From Eledone cirrhosa (lineage: Eukaryota): a DNA stretch of 64,000 nucleotides. The position numbers and the translations under genes are program-made. Within the stretch, counting starts at the first letter, position 1. Each line of letters begins with the position of its first letter. The notes below the pieces were generated by a model that was given only the letters and a program-made list of their open reading frames with translations, was not told the origin of the DNA and did no database searches. Shown one piece after another: positions 41,420-53,778 of this stretch. The stretch is from positions 88,536,001 to 88,600,000 of the forward strand of contig OZ024746.1 of NCBI GenBank assembly GCA_964016885.1, read 5' to 3'.

Positions 41420-41840
41420 ACCCATGCTGGTAATATCCAAGTGGGACACATACCTAAGCTCACTAGTCTGAATTCTTACACATCTGTATACTCTAGGTTG
41501 TTTTGCATTCGATGGAACTTATCAGATGCCCACATTTCCTTCGGAATTCTTAATTGAGTACTGTGCAATTTCTTGAGTGGTAAACTCTGATATATTGGAC
41601 ATGGCTCTCCACACATACACAATGATCCAGCAAAACGTCTTCTATAACTCTTTCATTCGTATCACACAGCAGATAGCTCGGGCCAGAAGAATGCGTTGCC
41701 TTGTCACTTCGGAAATCAAAGATGTTATCTAGCCGCAACGGGAATTGAACGGTATAAGATTCTGAGCATCATACACGTCTAATGACACCCAGCTCTGTTC
41801 TTCTCCTCCATTCATCCTCCAGCTTTACGAACATATTGAT
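41420..41840 (-). pseudogene. Possible highly decayed Ty3/Gypsy RT remnant
   Basis: Faint peptides LEDEWRRRTELGVIRRV, FPLRLDNIF and RIQTSELRYVSHL occur in the order expected for a Gypsy RT. No YxDD motif is visible. Confidence 0.25.
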
Positions 41841-42163
41841 CCTAGCTGAAGCATTGTTATTTGCTTCCTAGTTCTGGTCATTTTCTGATTTCTTCAGCGA
41901 TGATATTGAAGATATGGTCATAGGTCCGCTGATAACACATGTTGAATATTGCTTTCTAGCAACCACTGAATATATGATCAAAGATTTCTGAATTTCGACA
42001 AATCTTGCGGAGGTGCTTTGTAATTTGCCGCATAAGAACAGTTTGTATTTATAGTACATGAACGCATAGAAAACTGAATCAAGAAATTGATCTCTTGTGA
42101 CATCCATTACATACATATATATAAATATATACATATATACATATAAATATATATATATATATG

Positions 42164-42381
42164 TATTAATAAAAGGAATTACAACTAATTTACTCGTTTT
42201 ATTTACAATCCTTTAAAATTTATAATGCTATTAGAATGAAATAGTATGGTAGAATATTAAATGTAGAGTGTTTGAATATTATTTCATTCTAATACTATTT
42301 CATTCTAATACCATTATAAATTTTAAAGGATTGTAAATAAAACGAGTAATTCAGAAAAAGTTGGAATTCCTTTTATTAATA
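42164..42381. repeat. Inverted repeat (arms ~42164-42247 and ~42292-42381) between TA-rich tracts
   Basis: tattaataaaaggaatt..ttactcgttttatttacaatcctttaaaatttataatg pairs with cattataaattttaaaggattgtaaataaaacgagtaa..aattccttttattaata. Confidence 0.9.
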
Positions 42382-42625
42382 TAATCTTCTATACACAATC
42401 ATACACACCCGTGTATAATTATCTATATATTTATATATGTATATATGCGTGTGTATGTGTGAGTGTATATATATATACATATATGTGTGTAACATTATTA
42501 GTTATTGTCCCCAAATAGCTAATGATCGAGCAGCAATATTTCAGATGTGCATTTGTTTTTAATACATATTGGTTTAATTCATCACAGGGAAAAATGTAAA
42601 TATATAACGTTAAAATATGTTTACA

Positions 42626-43623
42626 TCTCTCTATATGTAAAATGCTTGTCTGTCTGTCAGTCTGATACTATTCATTCTTAAACGGCTGGCCCAAATCAAA
42701 TCAAATTTTGCAAGGTGGGAGTGACTGTAGGAGTGACAGTGGGTGTGTCAACATGTAATTTATATTTGCATTTGCATTTGGATTAAAACAATATAATATT
42801 TTTAACATTTCTATAGTGAAATATAGTAAACGACGACGGCGACGACGACGTTTTTTATATGTGTGTGTATGTGTCTGTGAGTGTGTGCTTGTTTGAGAGT
42901 TAGTTACTACGTAAGTTGCGTACACATTATATTCACACACAGACAGTTAAACATACATCTACACATACAGATACATAGCTGATGACAGACAGGTATGTAT
43001 GTGTGCGTCTGTCTTAGTATATGTATGTGAGTGTATGTGAGAGTGTATGTGAGTGTATGTGCGCGTGTACGTGTGCGTGAGTGTATGTGCGTGAGTGTAT
43101 GTGAGAGTGTATGTGTGTGTGTGTTCATGTCTGTGTGAGTGTATGTGTGATGACTTTTATTTTCATGTGAATTAAAACAATAAAAAAGAACACACCGATG
43201 TGACTTTTGTATATGAATATGTATGTTTCTTTGAGTGTGTGTGTGCGGATTCTTTGGGTACGTGATTAGACACACACATCTACACATATGTAGCAACTGA
43301 CCAACAATTAAAAGCTATGCGAGTGTCTGCGTGAATATATGTTTCTGCGTGTGTCTGTATTAGTGTATGAGTGTGAGTGTGTAGTAACAATTTATTCATT
43401 TGGACACCAACAAAAAATTACACAATGAATATTGTTTACACTAAGGTGCTTCAAGATTGGCAGATTTTCATTTCTAACTTCTATTATCATTACCATTTTG
43501 ATATTATGTTTAATACAGATATTTTGAAATAATTATGAGAACAATAACATATCTTCATATTTATTGTTCACTCTTCTGAATAAGAGCAGCAGTAACCATG
43601 GCAACGCCGGCTAAGTCAGCTAG
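42626..43623 (+). mobile_element. Complete non-autonomous Helitron (~1.0 kb)
   Basis: Starts A|TCTCTCTATATGTAAAA..GTCTGTCTGTC..AAACGGCTGG and ends with a GC hairpin (ggcaacgcc) plus CTAG|T. No TSD; internal (TG)-rich tract. Confidence 0.8.
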
Positions 43624-43894
43624 TTCTTAATATTTGTTAACTTTATTTTCGTATATTACTACCAATTTTATCAAACTTCATTTTATATAATGTCTTGCTT
43701 AATGACTAGACCTCAGATTAATTAGAACATTATAACTTGATTTCAATTGCAAACTTTTATATCTTAAGATTCACCTGATTTCCTTTTCATACAAACTTAA
43801 CATTTTAATTGGTTCCCATTTTATTTCATTTTATTAAACCAATTTCAAAATATTTACTTTGTGAAATGTATAAATCTTACTTTCCTGAACAAAT

Positions 43895-44170
43895 GGAGGC
43901 GTGTGGCCTAGTAACATGGGTACTGGACCTACGATCATAATAGCGTGGGTTCGAATCCAGCGCTGGTTTTTGTGTTGCCTTCAATAGTTCCTTTCACTTT
44001 GCTCCTATATACTCAGCTGAACATGAGTACCAGCAATAGCTGCGGGCTTAACCATGTGATAGACTGGTGTCCTTTCCCGGTGGTGGTCGTTTACTTTCAG
44101 TTGCTTCACGTGATGGAAACTGGGATAAACACCACCTAACGAGCTTTCCGGCTTGACAGACTGAGACTTT
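43895..44170 (+). mobile_element. Second tRNA-derived SINE family with a V-domain-like segment
   Basis: A box TGGCCTAGTAA, B box GGTTCGAATCC. The internal ccatgtgatagactggtgtcctttccc resembles the V-SINE motif CCTGCGATGGACTGGCG.CC..TCC. Confidence 0.7.
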
Positions 44171-44859
44171 CCTGAAAAAGCTGGACTATCGGCATATTTT
44201 CTTCATAACACATTACAATATATGGTAATGTATGTTTTTAGATTAGATTAAATTAGTATTAGATTAAATAAGTGGCGTATTGGCAGAGCTGTTTGGACAG
44301 CTAATAGAACGCTTTGCTCTAGTGGTTCTGGTTCGTTTTGCTCTCTGAGTTCAAAGCTTTTTTTAAACCGATAAAATAGCACCAATTTCGTACTATTGGG
44401 ACCTCTACATCTCTTTCTCACTTCCTCACTCTCCCTCTCTTCTGGTATAAATCGGCTGTGTTCGCTGCTGGAGTTAGAATGGCACCCATTAAGTTTAAAA
44501 TACCCCAAATCACTCTATATGTCTCGATGCCAACCTTAAGATTTCATCAGTAATCAATAATGTATACATACATACGAAATGTTTACATCGGTGAATCAAT
44601 TTAAAACCTTATTACTTATACGCAATGAACATCTAATATGTTTAATACCCGATTTGACCAAGTAACGTTAGTAATTTAAAGTAAAGTTGTTTAATGTTGT
44701 AAAAGAAATAGGTATTGAATTAATCTGTTGACAAGCTGAATTGTTTTCTGGTAATCGAACATTTCATTATATATATATTCAAATTCGGTACCATTAACCA
44801 TTTCATCATAAGGTATTCGAAAATGTGGAGGAGGACTTCATTGTATGTAGGGTTCAATT

Positions 44860-45128
44860 GACTGACAACTTAGTATTTAACTATTACATTATTTAACAGA
44901 ACCCGAAATAATGAAAGGGAAACTTGATCCCGCAGTGGATTGAACTCAGATATTAATTGTTTCTGCTTTTTGGCACAAGGCCAGCAATTACCCAGTACAT
45001 TACAGGTACTTTATTTTATCGACCCCGTAAGGATGAAAGGCAAAGTTAACTTCCACGGGATTTCAACTCAGACCGTAAAGGGACGTAACTATGCTGGAAA
45101 GCATGGCGGTCGACCCTCTACCGATACT
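44860..45128 (-). mobile_element. Nested or adjacent SINE copies (older partial copy plus a younger copy at 44957-45128)
   Basis: Reverse-complement core and tail motifs. Confidence 0.85.
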
Positions 45129-46329
45129 CTAATGAACCGCAACACATAACGCAAGATTGATTACTTCTTGATCTAACATTCCTAACGGTACTCGCTTTTA
45201 AATGGTTAATTATGAAGATATAAGAATAAGCAAATGAAAACAATAATTGGCAACACTAACCGTTTAATTATTTGCTCTACTTTGACTCATTCAGATGAAT
45301 TGGCACAATGGTTCTGAACAAATAATGAATTGCATGGCAATCGATATGTCATGACTGTTGTGCAAATTAACATACATTAATTCATATCTAAATAAATATA
45401 GCATTATAGAGAATATCAAAGTTGTAAAGTATATGGATTCAGGGACTCGTTTATTACACAGGGGGGATGAAACATGAATTCATTACAATCGCATTACACA
45501 ATACACAGAACTAGATAGATGGCGAGGGATAAAATTGTCTCAAATATTACCTTTGACTCTACCATCAAACGTTTAGTCGACACGTATATTTTTCTTTCTT
45601 ATATAAATTCCATGCTGTAGAATATACATAGAAAATGTGTGTAAAACAAATGTTATGTAACATCACAATCTGTAAAAGTTTCTTTAGAAGTCCTTATGAA
45701 TTGTTACTTGCTTCTTATTCACAATATATTTCCTTCCTTTGGGGAATAAGATACACATCTATCGATAATAGCTTGATGCGACGAATATATAATCATTTTT
45801 CTTAACGTAAAGCGTTTATTCCTAACTATATTGAATTGGTGTTAACGGAATATATGACTGGCTTAAAATAACATTTTGATATTCTAGCTGTAGAAAATGC
45901 ATTCGATTTACAGTTAATGCTGGTATAATATGTGTTGAGCATAGTTTAGATTTATAGAAGTAAGAGATTTTTTTAACTTTTTTGTTAAACATCAAAGGAC
46001 ATCATAGAATATTCTTCTGAAGGATTTATTATTCTATATTATTTATAACTTCAATAGATATATTTTGGCACTTTCGATATATTTATAATCCTTATTTTAT
46101 ATCCGACATGCAGCATTGGCTTTTTGAAGGAATTGAAACTTATATACACATTTTAATCGATAATTGTGTAGATATAGTTTAAACGTCAATCAGATATCAA
46201 TATTTGGTATAGGATAAGTCATATTCAATTTCATATCTAGTTATTTCATGTTTCACATCAGATATTATATCTTATGTAACACATTTGTTTTATTTTTGTT
46301 AAAGACGCATCGAATAAAGGCTCAATAGG

Positions 46330-47030
46330 AGTTCGCGGCAACCAACGGCATGAACTCAATCCTTATATAATCAGCCATTATTAAGCGTTGTTTATTAATA
46401 TTTGGCAATAATACACCAATTCCAACAAAGGTTCTTGTAAACTATAGCAGCCATATAAAGATATCACTACGAAATGATATACAGAAGATTTTTCAGCAAC
46501 TGCCGTTTACAAGGTGTCTAAATATAGATAGAATTGGCTTGAATTATTATGGATATAGGCATACTATACTAGATGGTTAGTATCTACTCTCTCGGTAGTG
46601 GGTACATTAGTGGGAATAGTAGTGTTTCAACTGAAACTTTTGAAGTTGCGTATCAGATCTTGCCTGGGCATCGTAAAAGGAGGCCATCTTTGATTACTGT
46701 ACACTCCAAGGCTTTACTTTACAAAACTAAATTCTGGGAGTCTGTACGGGTTTATCACATCCAACGCATGGTGTCCGAATAGGTCAATACCGAAATCATA
46801 CATTTTGGCGTAGCTCCCAATTAATGCATCGAAAACGGTATTCGATTAATTTCCTTTCAGTTGTAATATTCTGCAAACACTAGCGACGTCATAGACTTGA
46901 CAATTATTCTGATACCCATTAATATTTCACAATATAGGACCAAATAAATCAACTGGCTTCATATATCTTGATCAGGTGAAAACTGTAGATATCTGTGTAA
47001 CTAGAATAATGTTTGTTTCTGGATACTTGG
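46330..47030 (-). pseudogene. Decayed retroviral-type (rve) integrase remnant
   Basis: PVDLFGPIL*NINGYQ..YDVASV..LK..NTVFDALI resembles the rve core .D..GPL...NG.....D.FS......L......V..AL. Multiple stops. Confidence 0.4.
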
Positions 47031-48158
47031 TATTACTATGCCATCAGATTCGAGGAAAAAGACGTGTTTGATAATTTGATTTGTCGATACAACAAAGTAC
47101 AAGAAACTTAGAGAGATTGGTGTAATCGACTTCCTTATCTACATTCATTGAAGGTATTCAGGCTAAATAAGAAATCATTATATATACAAATTCCTGGGCT
47201 TTGTAAAAATTATATATAAAATTATGAATACCCTTTAGATGTTCTAAGATACCTGACAGTTCATTATGTTTTTATATGCAACATTCTAGTCGTTTAATTT
47301 ACATTAATGTTTCAGTCATTTCGTTTCACATATGTTTTTGTTGTTAACGTTTAAGTTTCCCATTTCACAGTATTATGCAACGAAGGAGGATTCTCACTTC
47401 TTAAAGTGAAAATGCTTTGTAAAATGTACATCAGCTGGCATCTTACTGGCATCTGTCATAAACACCGAATATATTAAGTATGGAATCGATTCTATCGTAC
47501 GACAATGTCATTGAATATTCTTATTATCTCAAAATATTTATATCAAGTTCGACCAAAAGTTATAAGATATGTAACCACCATTTTGTCATTTACTTCCGCG
47601 CAGTGAAATCACCTGATGTTTCAATAGGTATTGTAGTAACTGATAAGGAGAATACGAACGATATATTGTGGTATGGGTTATTGTAATTATATACGGCTAT
47701 ATACAATAATAACACACATGAATCCTTCCTTTAATTTCTACCGTTTACGTTTACATTTCCATAGTAAATTTCTATGCTTATATTATTCCAATAAATGTAC
47801 GATTATTTTCATTTTACATTAATTGGGATATACCTTTAATCTCATAAAAAACAATAATAATATCGATATAATTGCTAAAAATGTCTTCCCGATACTATCA
47901 TTAACAGCACCATCGTGTCAGTTAAGTTAATGTAGAGGTCCATGTAATAAGTACTTCCTTAAAACATGTTGCATTCCAAACAGTGTCTGGTTATGTTCTA
48001 TGTATATTAGTGTACATATAATTATTGATCTTGCCAATGAGCATGTATTATATTTCACATATTTAATTAATTTTGATTTCATCAACCGAGTAAAGTAGGT
48101 AAGCAATGAACGACTTACTGGGATAAGCATCTAACATCATAACAGAGTGGGTAATATG

Positions 48159-48263
48159 AAAAGAGTCAGGACCTCGCCGGCTGATCTCCGGCCGATTTGA
48201 CAGCTAGATCGGATCTAGCTGTCAGAACGGCCGGAGCTCAGCCTTCAGGGCCCTGTCTCTTTT
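48159..48263. repeat. GC-rich imperfect hairpin (~52-bp arms) abutting (TA)n
   Basis: aaaagagtcagg..ggctgatctccggccg..tgacagctagatc-g-gatctagctgtca..cggccggagctcagcc..cctgtctctttt. Confidence 0.88.
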
Positions 48264-48275
48264 TATATATATAAA

Positions 48276-48313
<38 letters not shown>

Positions 48314-49781
48314 GAGAGAGAGAGAGAGATAGGGGGAAGGGGGTGACAGATGTGGGAGACAAATGAAAGCCATATAAATGATCAACAAAAATATAAAATT
48401 AACTGTTTCTGTTACGGTAAATCTTTTTCTCAAGTCAGTATATACTTAAACAATTGTATTCGAAGCAGCGCTGCTAAAGGCAACGCATATACCTATATGT
48501 TGGTGAATATCTGACCGCTATAAACACACAAGTCTTAAGAGAATATACAAAATGCATTTTGTATACCTTTCACGGTAGACAACATCGATTTCATTTTCAA
48601 CCAATGCTTAGTATATGCGAACGTTCTGGATTCTAATTAGAATGAACATTAAAAACGGATTGAATTACAATATGATATCGCCAGAAGGATTATTAACTCA
48701 TAGTAATGCATAAAGTATACAATCTCTGTAGGCTGTCTTGCACTGCCTATCCTGAATAGCTGGATATCTAAATAAATAATAATGCATTATGCAGTAATGC
48801 GTATTAATGTGTCAGCGTAAATAATTGGCAAAATAGTAGAAACGTTTGATAAAGTACACTCCATTATTCGTTGCGGCTATCCTAGAGCGGATCATGTAGA
48901 CTTTCTCTTGGAATTTCATATTTTCGGGGTCGATACATACTGTATATATCTAGTGCTGGAATAGGTTATTCTTTTCTCACTTCTATCCTCTCTAATTTTA
49001 GGGAGAAATACGTTGTAAATATCAGGTGAGGAATGAACGACCCCATCTTGAAATGCTGCAGGCACAGCGTATGATAGTTTTTTCAGGTTCCATCTATTGA
49101 CACTCTAAACATTCGATGTGTCGAAGATTGCTACAATTGTTTCTTATGAGTCTCTGAAAACATTAGACTGCATCCAGTTCTACTGCAATCTCTCTCTCCC
49201 ACGCTGTGTTGAGATCATGCGGCGTTGTGACAACATTTTAATTTTAATGATCAGTCCGATTCATATATTTTTAAAATGGCATATATACATAGGAATCTGT
49301 GGGCAATTGCCTCCAGCTACTTCTGCTTGAATTCGCTAGGTGTAGTAGCAATCAGCTTTTCAATGTTCATAGCTAGAAGCGTTTCCAAATGTTTATTTGT
49401 AAACAAATCGAATATCATTTGATATACGAAATACACATTCTTATACGTATACAGATATGACAGAGCGAAAACTTAAATATATATATATATATACATGCAT
49501 ATATATACATATATATATATATATACATATAAATATGCATGTGTGTCTGTCTGTGTGTAACTTTGCTTGGGTGTATGTGCCAGTGGGCGTTTTACGGTTT
49601 AATCAATGAATGAACGACTTACGAAATGGCTCGGCATTTTCGAGATTGAGTAAGCTGAATCGAGAATGTTATACAGGAGCAATGCGCTTTGCCGGAATAA
49701 AATAAATTGACCTCGACCAAAAAAATACAAATACTGGGTAAGTTGTATTCTAGCTTCATAAGTGATAATATTATTACTTTA

Positions 49782-50060
49782 ATGGATTGGAAGTATCGAT
49801 AGAGGGTCGGACACCATGCTTTGACGCATAGAGTCACGGCCCTTGCCATTCTGAATTCAAATCCCACTGAGGTTAACCACATTATATTGGCAGTATCGCT
49901 AGAGGGTAGGGCATTCTGTCCTGCATAGTCATGTCCCTTTACGATCTGAATTCAAATCTCGGCGAGTTTAACTTTGCCTTTCATCATTATGGGGTCGATA
50001 AAATAAAGTACCAGTAATACATATGGATAATTGCTGGCCTTGTACGAAAAGTAGAAACAA
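49782..50060 (+). mobile_element. SINE head (49782-49878) followed by a near-complete SINE (49886-50060)
   Basis: Two A/B-box heads followed by one core and tail. Confidence 0.85.
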
Positions 50061-50434
50061 TTATTACATTAAGAAGCAAGAATTCAGTTTATTTGAAAAT
50101 AATTTGATGAATATAAAAAAAAGACGATTGTAAAGGAAATGAATGAAAAATTTCCAGAACATTCTAGAACATATTGAGCAAGGCACCTCGTTCAACGCTC
50201 TAGAAATTACTTCAATTCACCGCCCTACTTCCTCTATTCTTAATGTGAGTGATTGTGTGTATGTGTCTGTATCTGTGTGCGTGTATGTGTGTGTGTGTGT
50301 GAGAGGGTGGGGTGGGGGCTTTCCATTGTATATATGTGTGTGTGTTTGTTCCTAAGTGCTTGTATGTGTGTGTTTGTTCCTACGTGTGTGTAAGTTTGTA
50401 GTTTCTTATATTCCATGAACCTGATATAATACGC

Positions 50435-50484
<50 letters not shown>

Positions 50485-51054
50485 TTTAAAGATTCTGGGT
50501 TAATATGTTTACATTCAGATATGTGTGTGTCAAATATAATGGTAAGATATATACGCACATATCTATATTTCAGATAGATACTGTAGTTATACATAAAATA
50601 TTGGCATGAATAATATTCGACACTATGAATATCATAGATGCATTAACTACCTTAATACATTTGTATTATATAGATAATTAAATATTACGATCATGTCCGG
50701 CCGTTGTATATGTGGTTCTTATCTATTATATATCTATATAAGGAATAAACCGGTTTGTGAACGACATTCTCTGAAAATATGGCTGTCGGATGTATGAGTG
50801 TGTATATTCATATGATCAAATATGTATATCACATGAACTTGTATTCTATATAAACGTGTTCAGCCATGAGCAGCAGTTAATGTGGAAGACTATTAATTTA
50901 AATGTAGCAATTACAGATGATGTATCACATACATATTCCAAATATTCTATTGAAAAATTATATCTTACAGTCTCCAGCTTGAATATGTATACATAGGCTC
51001 ATATATCCATCTATACATACACATATTCGTAAGTATATATATATATATAGTAAT

Positions 51055-51200
51055 AATAATAAATGTGAAGACTAAAATCCAAAGAGGGCTTGATAAGGAT
51101 AAATATATATCAAATATATTTATCCTTATCGCTTCAGAAGATCTAGTTAAGAGTGAAAGCAACGATTCTTTGCTTATGCTTTAATCTGTTATTTTAATAC
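51055..51200. repeat. Rearranged solo copy of the PLE terminal repeat found at 60960-61085 and 61600-61760
   Basis: gaagactaaaatccaaagagggc (minus orientation) is joined through a short palindrome to cagaagatc..gtgaaagca..ttgctta..tttaatctgttattt (plus orientation). Confidence 0.8.
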
Positions 51201-51939
51201 ATATGCGTGACTGTGTGCGTGAATGATGCGCGAGGATGTATACCTGAGTATGTGCATATATACAACGACAGAGTATTATGATAGCAAGACAAAAACTCGT
51301 GAAAAGTGTTGAAAATTTTGTACTAACTGCTGAACATTCGGCGCTTGACTTTGGATGAACGGAACAATTCCAAAAGAAAAATGATCAGTATAAATTATTA
51401 AAAGTTTTTGGCGTTTTATTTTTTTTTCATGGAATGTAGGGCATCACCCGTCACCCATTTTTGTACATCTGAGACAGAGCTGAAAAAAGGAGAATGTTAT
51501 AATGATACTAAAACCCGGTTCCATTGTCTGAAACAGAGTAAGCTGTAGTACAATTCACCAAAAAACAAATAATATTTTAGAGCCAATGTAGATATTTATT
51601 GAGAAATATTCTTCTTCGTTGTCTTCTCCTTCGTCTTTGCTCACTTATTCCTGGGATGATCGAAATGGTGGAGACTTAAATCTCGCTCTCGAGCGGGACC
51701 TATCAGAAACCGTAGTCTCTGTTTGATCAGGTTGGGTCCCCAAGTGAGACCAACCAAGCTCATTAATATTATCGAAGCATACCGCTTAGGAGGTCTATCA
51801 CAGATTCACCTGGTATTTGGTTTTACCAGCAAAATCTGTCCAGTAATCCATTCCCGAAGAATCTTATCCAAGGTATATCTCGTTGGAGGTGTCTGGCGGT
51901 AATTTAATGATATGGACCCCAGTGCTATCATCACATTTC

Positions 51940-52035
51940 TACAGATGAGTAAACTGAAGCAACCTGAAATAAAGTGTCTTGCTCAAGGAAACAACGCATC
52001 ACCCGCTCCGAGAATTGAACTCACAACCTTTCGAA
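51940..52035 (-). mobile_element. tRNA/CORE-like SINE fragment
   Basis: Minus strand: GAGTTCAATTC B box followed by ccttgagcaagacactttatttc...cagtttactcatctgt (CORE-like). Confidence 0.65.
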
Positions 52036-52535
52036 TTTAGGATAGCATGTTTGGCTTTCAGACCTATCTCCCTGCCTTTACTGGCTGGGTGCTGAAACTG
52101 GCGCATTACTGCACAGGCTGAAGAAATTGTTGTAATTATTTCTGCCTCATGTCTTCACTACTGAACGCGGCAACTGCTTTAATCGAAATCCACTCACATG
52201 TAGAGTGTGCTGCACAGGATATCTTGAGAGGATGAGTGTCTCAGTCTTCGCTGCATTGATTGCCATCATCGGAACTCAAAAAGCTATATTCATTGGTTTT
52301 GCAGAATCTTTCACAGTGAACCTCTCTCTAAAGTTTGGTTTGAAATAACCTTAAAAACTTGAACACCCAACGAAACCAGTAGAATAGGACACAAATCTCC
52401 ATCCATCCCCTAATACGATTACCACACCAAAGTGTGGAAAGATATGGTAGCCTATGGGTGCTTGTACAATTAGCGCAAAATATGTAAGACTATGGTTAAA
52501 AGGACATATGAAATGGCATTAATATAAAATATAAA

Positions 52536-52723
52536 GGGCGATGGATTGGCAGTATCGGTAGAGGGTCGGACGCCATGCTTTGCAGCAAAGAGTTACGGCC
52601 CTTTATGATCTGAGTTCAAATCCCGCCGAGGTTAACTTTGCCTTTCATCCTTACGGGGTCGAGAAAATAAAGTACCAGTAATGTACTGGGAAATTGCTGG
52701 CCTTGTGACAAAAGTAGAAACAC
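52536..52723 (+). mobile_element. Full-length tRNA-derived SINE (reference copy) with 12-bp TSD
   Basis: A box 52547-52558, B box 52612-52623, core GCCTTTCATCCTTACGGGGTCGA.AAAATAAAGTACCAG, tail CCTTGTG.CAAAAGTAGAAACA. TSD ttaatataaaat at 52519-52530 and 52724-52735. Confidence 0.93.
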
Positions 52724-53017
52724 TTAATATAAAATTCGATGCCTGGATTAAATACATCCAGTGAAAAGATTGACACACACATTTTACTTGTGGAAAATCA
52801 TTCATGGATTTGATTTACACCGCCGCGTACATCAGAGTTCCCGCAATGAAAATTATAATTTGTGTTCATGGGGAAGTGGTTTAAACCGGAGAAATTCCTG
52901 ACGTGATATTAACATGGCAGCCATCTGGCATATTCATATATGTATCAACGTCTTCATGCATATAATATTCATGTATGTATATATGTATTATGTACTATTA
53001 TGTATTATTAAAATATC

Positions 53018-53082
<65 letters not shown>

Positions 53083-53713
53083 TATATATTTATATCTATG
53101 TGTGTGTGTACGTAAGACTGGCTCTGTATCTCCATGTATCTAAATATGTATGTGTATCTTGTAGGCAAATAGTTAATGGCTCAATTTCGTAATTTATAGA
53201 TCCAGGTTTCAATTCCTTATCAGTAAATATTCCCTCGTGTTATATTGCTGCATAGCTGAAAGCATCTCTGAAATCCGCGTCATAATTGTATTTCAATTGT
53301 CCACCGACATGCTAATTGAATAATTATTTCATTGCACTGAACAAATGAACATTCAGCATCGACACCAATGTAAACCGATATATTGTGTGAGGTTTAGTTC
53401 TGTGTTTGTGTGACGTATAATATATATAATAATTCATTTCATAATGATTAAACGTATTTAAATATAATACGATCGGGCTACAGGGAGAATAATATATATC
53501 CTCATCTTAAGAATTGGCCTACACATAATTATGGAGAAGATAAAATGGATGCAATTGTGAAACGAAACCATCCCCTTGGATTTATATTGACTATGAGAGC
53601 TATTTCGCCTCTACGTTCAACGCTATCTATAGTAGATTTTCAATTATCTAAACACAAGTATCATGGAAATCAATATATACATAAATATATATATATATAT
53701 CATACAACGATAC

Positions 53714-53778
<65 letters not shown>

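Noticed and set aside
52536-52630. tRNA gene suggested by the A and B boxes
   Set aside because: It continues into a SINE core and tail, has a TSD and many dispersed copies; no convincing cloverleaf.
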